In this document: positions 59,686 to 64,000 of the stretch, piece after piece | How positions within the stretch are numbered: the first letter of the stretch is position 1 | How the letters are laid out: each line of letters begins with the position of its first letter | Origin: a virus | Lineage: Duplodnaviria > Caudoviricetes | Virus record (IMG/VR): IMGVR_UViG_3300036985_003045 | Direction: 5' to 3' (one strand) | DNA: 64,000 bases | The notes under the pieces: model-generated | Database searches by the model: none | Seen by the model: only the letters and a program-made list of their open reading frames with translations | What the model was told of the DNA's origin: nothing | Translations under genes and position numbers: made by a program

Positions 59686-60965
59686 TATTTGCTCCTATTC
59701 AAATCTATCAATAAACTTTCTTTTACTATTTCCATAGTACATTCATGTATGTTTCTATTAATATAATGATTAACTGCCGCTATGATATACGCACCTGAAA
59801 ACATTTGATCTTGTGTTTCAGTATCTTCTTTTGTTACGGGTTCAATCTTATATAAATTTAATACTATTCTTAGACCAACAGTATAATCTAATCTGCCTGG
59901 AACAACTATTTCTACTTTATTTGCATCTATTTGGGCAAATGAAGATACTCTATTCTGTATAATTGACGCATTTGTAACATCACCGTATTCATTGAAGTTG
60001 CCAGTATACTTTGACATAGACATAATAAATGAATTATGCCGGTATATAGATTTATTAGAAGCTAATGGATATTTATTTAGATGATTATATGATTCAAATG
60101 ATTCAATCATATCATAATTAGTATTATTATATTTCTTTGTGGTAATATCATATGTAAATAATCTTGAACCAAACATACCTCCTCTGGCTCTTTCTACATA
60201 ATCATATGCAGTAGGAATAGAAATACTTCTAATACGTTTATAATCTTCTGTTACATTTCTAACAGTGGCAGTACCATATGATTTATTATCACGAATATAA
60301 TTATCATATAAAAATCCTTGAAAGACTTTTGCATTATATAATGATTCTAATGATACAAAGTTAAACCCATATCTATTTTCAAAAAACAAATAAGAACCTG
60401 ATCCATTTTTATTAGTTGAAATTTCACTTACATTGTTGATATTTTTAATAGGTGACCAAAAGTTAGAAATAAATTTTGTTGAATTATTAGTTTCTTCAAC
60501 ATTTATTTCTTTAGTTACTTGTAATCCAACATCAGGATCTTGTAATAGTGTTTTGATAATTTCTGAACACTTGCCTGAAAATGACTTACTTATCTTCTTA
60601 TTAATATCAACAATAGCTTCTGTAGATATAAAATGCAAAGTATAGATAGTTGCTCTATTTCCAACCATTGTTCTATTTGACATTTTATAAATGTAAAATT
60701 TGCCGTCTATATTACCCTTTTCAAGAGTAGGAGTAGTTAATTTAAGTTCAAGAAACTCTTCTCCATTAAAAGGAAATACATTCATTAAATCCAGTGAATC
60801 TCGTATCTCTAAAGTTCCAGTTATAAAAGGCGAAAATATATCTTCAAATATTTGTATTCCTATAACTTGGTTAGTAATATTCTGATAAAATTTCTGAGCA
60901 GTAGTTATCTGAACCAACTCAATATTAATATCACCGGCTTTTGAAATTTGTTCTGAAGAATTCAT
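59685..60965 (-). CDS. baseplate hub protein (gp27-like)
   Basis: IQIFEDIFSPFITGTL...YLFFENRYGFNF.SLE...; position between gp53 and gp5. Confidence 0.7.
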   Translation of the reverse strand: MNSSEQISKAGDINIELVQITTAQKFYQNITNQVIGIQIFEDIFSPFITGTLEIRDSLDLMNVFPFNGEEFLELKLTTPTLEKGNIDGKFYIYKMSNRTMVGNRATIYTLHFISTEAIVDINKKISKSFSGKCSEIIKTLLQDPDVGLQVTKEINVEETNNSTKFISNFWSPIKNINNVSEISTNKNGSGSYLFFENRYGFNFVSLESLYNAKVFQGFLYDNYIRDNKSYGTATVRNVTEDYKRIRSISIPTAYDYVERARGGMFGSRLFTYDITTKKYNNTNYDMIESFESYNHLNKYPLASNKSIYRHNSFIMSMSKYTGNFNEYGDVTNASIIQNRVSSFAQIDANKVEIVVPGRLDYTVGLRIVLNLYKIEPVTKEDTETQDQMFSGAYIIAAVNHYINRNIHECTMEIVKESLLIDLNRSK

Positions 60966-61456
60966 TATATTATTTTCTTAAATTCAGTTATTATTTGTTC
61001 AATGATGCTTTTTGGTACAACTTTTATTCTTCTTTTAGATTCATTAAGTAACTCTTCATATTGATAGTTAGTAATAGAAGAAGCGCCAACACTTGTAGAA
61101 TCTACAATATATCCATTACTATCTTCATAATGATGTATATTATGCATAGTAGTACCATATGAATTAATAATATGTTTTTCTAAATCATAATATGATAATG
61201 GGAAGTCATTAAGATAATCATATTTTTCATTGACTAACATAATTATCCAATGATAGTTTGGATTATCATATAACTTTTCTGCTATATGTTCAGGTGTTTC
61301 ATTATCTACTATATCATACTCATCATATACAGTTATATTTGCTAGTACATCTCTACGAAATCTGATATTACGAGTAATATCTCTTAAGTATATAGCAGTA
61401 TCTTTACCTCCTATATCAAAATCATATATCATATTAGGAAAATTCTTAAAGTACAT
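60965..61456 (-). CDS. gp53: baseplate wedge protein gp53
   Basis: YFKNFP...ETPEHIAEKLYD...HWIIMLVN...NESKRRIKV. Confidence 0.92.
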   Translation of the reverse strand: MYFKNFPNMIYDFDIGGKDTAIYLRDITRNIRFRRDVLANITVYDEYDIVDNETPEHIAEKLYDNPNYHWIIMLVNEKYDYLNDFPLSYYDLEKHIINSYGTTMHNIHHYEDSNGYIVDSTSVGASSITNYQYEELLNESKRRIKVVPKSIIEQIITEFKKII

Positions 61457-62514
61457 TAGTAACCTCTATCTTGAATAGCTTCTTTTGTTGGAGATGTAAG
61501 TTCTTTAAATGACATAGTGATAGCAATTTGTGTAGGCATACCATTAGCAAATGTAGTAAAATTACCGTTTGGAGTATAATTTACACTTAATTCTGTCAAT
61601 ACACACGATGGATGTCTATGAATATATTGATTAAGTCCATTACCTGAGAAGTAACTTATATCAAACTCAGAGGGATAAACATATAAAAAATTATTTGTAT
61701 CATTCTTATATTCAGGTAACATATGAAATTTCAACTGATAAATTATATTATATACATGTTCAGCTTCTTTTTCATCTCTTGGAAAGAAATTGTAATCAAA
61801 GGAAAAGGTTCTAAAGTCAACACCCTTGAATACCATTTCTCTCTTTGGATTACCTGCCAAACCAGTTCTTGCAGATATAGTACCCATTTTTTGTAAAGCT
61901 TCAGATGCTGCAATAGATCCAGCATTGTTACCTAATATACTACCTGCGTTTTTAGTAGATTCAGGAATCATATTGGATAACTTTACATCTTTTAAAGATT
62001 TTAACAAACCAATAGCATCTTCACCTATTTGAGATAATGCTTCAGTTGTTCCGGTGTCTTCTTCTGACCAAGAAGTAGCATATCTAATATTTAAAGTATT
62101 TGGCATGTGTAAAGCAATTGCAGTTTTTAATCTTTTTTGCTCTCTAGTAGTAGTTCCTGCTATATCACCCGCTACCCAAGCCGCAGCACCACCAATAGCA
62201 GTAGCACCTGTAGCAATACTTGCGAATCCACCTAATACGCCGGCAAAAAGACCTCCCATAGCAGTATTTAATGCTCCAGAAATAGCAGAATTTATATTAG
62301 AAATAGGTCTACCTATAAGTAATCCTCTATCTCTAGGAATATCCAAATCTTTCATATCATATGTTTGATTTGGTGGAGGTAAAAACTTAGATGCTGTAGC
62401 AACATTAATGTAAAGCACAACCATATTACCACCATATTCTGGAGATTGAAGATCTGCCGGATATGATAAACTGGTAATATCGTACTTGTCATTTGTGTAA
62501 TCTAAATATGACAT
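61456..62514 (-). CDS. gp48: baseplate tail-tube cap gp48
   Basis: NP..EMVFKGVDFRTFSFDY.F.PRDEKEA...YPSEFDI...F.EL. Confidence 0.88.
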   Translation of the reverse strand: MSYLDYTNDKYDITSLSYPADLQSPEYGGNMVVLYINVATASKFLPPPNQTYDMKDLDIPRDRGLLIGRPISNINSAISGALNTAMGGLFAGVLGGFASIATGATAIGGAAAWVAGDIAGTTTREQKRLKTAIALHMPNTLNIRYATSWSEEDTGTTEALSQIGEDAIGLLKSLKDVKLSNMIPESTKNAGSILGNNAGSIAASEALQKMGTISARTGLAGNPKREMVFKGVDFRTFSFDYNFFPRDEKEAEHVYNIIYQLKFHMLPEYKNDTNNFLYVYPSEFDISYFSGNGLNQYIHRHPSCVLTELSVNYTPNGNFTTFANGMPTQIAITMSFKELTSPTKEAIQDRGY

Positions 62515-62525
62515 TATTATGAACC

Positions 62526-62558
62526 TATAAATATTATGGTTTTATTTACTTATTTATA
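62526..62558. promoter_or_regulatory. two crossing late promoters at the strand switch
   Basis: TATAAATA on the plus strand at 62526-62533 and on the minus strand at 62551-62558. Confidence 0.75.
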
Positions 62559-62563
62559 TTAAA

Positions 62564-63013
62564 ATGGCGAAGTATCATCAGGGAATCTATAAACCAAAAC
62601 ATCCAAATAAATATATGGGTGATCCTACTAATGTAGTTTATAGATCCTCATGGGAATTAAAATTTATGAATTGGTGCGACCTTGCAACTTCAGTTGTTAA
62701 TTGGCAATCAGAAGAAACTATTGTACCATATATATGTGCAACTGATAATAGGTGGCATAGATACTTTTTAGATTTCCGTATTCAAGTACGAAATAGAGAA
62801 GGTAAACTAAAAACTTACTTAGTTGAAATTAAACCGCACGGCCAAACTATGCCTCCAAAATATCCAGGAAGACAAACAAAAAGATACTTAAATGAATCTA
62901 TGACATTTATGAAAAATCAATCAAAATGGGATGCTGCTAAAACTTATGCAACAGATCGTAATTGGGAATTTGTAATATTAACAGAACATCATCTTGGATT
63001 AACTAATAAATAG
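62564..63013 (+). CDS. gp4: head completion nuclease gp4
   Basis: KYMGDP....RSSWE..FM.WCD...W.SEE..VPY...RYFLDF...LVEIKP. Confidence 0.93.
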   Translation: MAKYHQGIYKPKHPNKYMGDPTNVVYRSSWELKFMNWCDLATSVVNWQSEETIVPYICATDNRWHRYFLDFRIQVRNREGKLKTYLVEIKPHGQTMPPKYPGRQTKRYLNESMTFMKNQSKWDAAKTYATDRNWEFVILTEHHLGLTNK

Positions 63014-63016
63014 TAT

Positions 63017-63622
63017 ATGGCAAATATAAAAGAACCCACATTGTTAGATGTATTTGAGAAAAACAAATATAGTCTACCCCAAGCATCAAAGGCTAGCAAA
63101 AGTTGGTTTGATCAGCAGATATTGCTATTACATCATCAACATATAAATGGAAGTAATGTATTAAAGACTGCTCCACAATTTACCTCGATAGGTAAAATAA
63201 TGCCGGGAAAGTTATATTTGTACAGATATGATGCTAAACATAAATCGACATTACAATATTGGGATATGTTTCCTTTAGTATTTCCTTATGAGAAAACAAA
63301 GGATGGATTCTATGGTTTGAATTTTCATTATTTACCTTATCAATTAAGAATTAAACTTCTTGATAAGATGATGGTATTTGCAACTAATAAGAATATGGAT
63401 GAAAATACTAGATTAAGATATTCTTGGCAATTGATATCCGGTATATCGAAGTTTAAGTTTGCAGAACCATGTATTCATAGATATTTAAACTCGCATATAC
63501 GTACTCAATGCAGAGAAATTACAGCCAACAATTGGGCAACTGCTATGATGTTACCAGTAGAAGGATTTGTAGGTGCTAACAAGGCTAAAGTTTGGCAAGA
63601 GTCAAAAAGGATGATGAATTAA
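63017..63622 (+). CDS. gp2: DNA end protector gp2
   Basis: PGKLYLYRYDAKHK..L.YWD.FPLV...GLNFHYLP..R..LLD. Confidence 0.93.
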   Translation: MANIKEPTLLDVFEKNKYSLPQASKASKSWFDQQILLLHHQHINGSNVLKTAPQFTSIGKIMPGKLYLYRYDAKHKSTLQYWDMFPLVFPYEKTKDGFYGLNFHYLPYQLRIKLLDKMMVFATNKNMDENTRLRYSWQLISGISKFKFAEPCIHRYLNSHIRTQCREITANNWATAMMLPVEGFVGANKAKVWQESKRMMN

Positions 63623-64000
63623 TGAGTCTACTATCAGATTTTATATCGGAAGTAAAAGTATCTGGGTTAATGAGAACTGCACGATATTCAGTTATTATGC
63701 CATTAATTTTATCAGACACTAATGAAAACAAAGATCCAAAACTAGTTTCTATGTTTTGTGACCAAGTACAAATACCAGGATTAAATTATAATACTACTCC
63801 AAATCTAACATATGGTGAAACAAGAGAAGCACCTTATCAAAGAATGTTTGATAACCTTTCTCTTTCATTTTATGTAGATAATGAAATGAAAGTAAAGAAA
63901 TACTTTGATGATTGGCAATATAGTATACAAAATCCAGTTACAAGATCATTTAATTATTATGCAAATTATATAAAACCTATACAAATTGGTGTAGAAGATA
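63622..64000 (+). CDS. tail-tube-like baseplate protein (gp54-like), truncated by the window end
   Basis: Not in the ORF track. MSLLSDFISEVK..GLMRTARYSV...FCDQVQIPG...YGETRE.PY...F...FYVD......F..W is a gp19/gp54 fold pattern. Confidence 0.8.
   Translation, partial: MSLLSDFISEVKVSGLMRTARYSVIMPLILSDTNENKDPKLVSMFCDQVQIPGLNYNTTPNLTYGETREAPYQRMFDNLSLSFYVDNEMKVKKYFDDWQYSIQNPVTRSFNYYANYIKPIQIGVED

Noticed and set aside
1099-60885. Many plus-strand ORFs in the track antisense to clear genes (e.g. 1099-1371, 12551-12880, 17910-18158, 27720-28193, 30894-31355, 34583-34987, 35849-36316, 59165-59452)
   Set aside because: They are shadows of the codon bias of the real minus-strand genes, with no motifs or dedicated RBS/promoter.

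Overview
This is a 64-kb AT-rich segment of a T4-like myovirus genome (cyanophage/pelagiphage-style gene order) holding the late structural block and part of the replication block. Almost all genes lie on the minus strand. In transcription order (right to left) they are: gp48, gp53, hub, a split gp5, gp25, gp6, gp7, gp8, a 2233-aa VrlC-like protein, a fibre cluster, gp13-15, gp17-23, gp3, uvsY, uvsW, gp55, gp47, gp46, a vWA/peptidase plus MoxR-type AAA pair, gp45, gp44, gp62, regA, Hsp20 and a truncated GH19 endolysin. The plus strand carries gp4, gp2, a truncated gp54-like gene and one orphan gene. I found no tRNA, CRISPR array, intron/intein or reverse transcriptase. The most interesting signals are: (1) a ROSE-like RNA thermometer before hsp20, and a GC-rich, promoter-bounded small-RNA candidate just after it; (2) a basic peptide cassette with conserved ends (LxE-LSKxTLxSY...RxxGIxKAxxKLTKEE) found four times, in gp22, twice in gp67 and as a stand-alone gene where gp16 usually sits; (3) a 48-bp promoter-plus-hairpin element duplicated 43 kb apart and pointing antisense both times; (4) a gp5 split into an OB-fold gene and a GH19/beta-helix/M15-peptidase gene; (5) a repeat-rich chain of fibre genes. 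All family assignments come from motif recognition and synteny, not from database searches.
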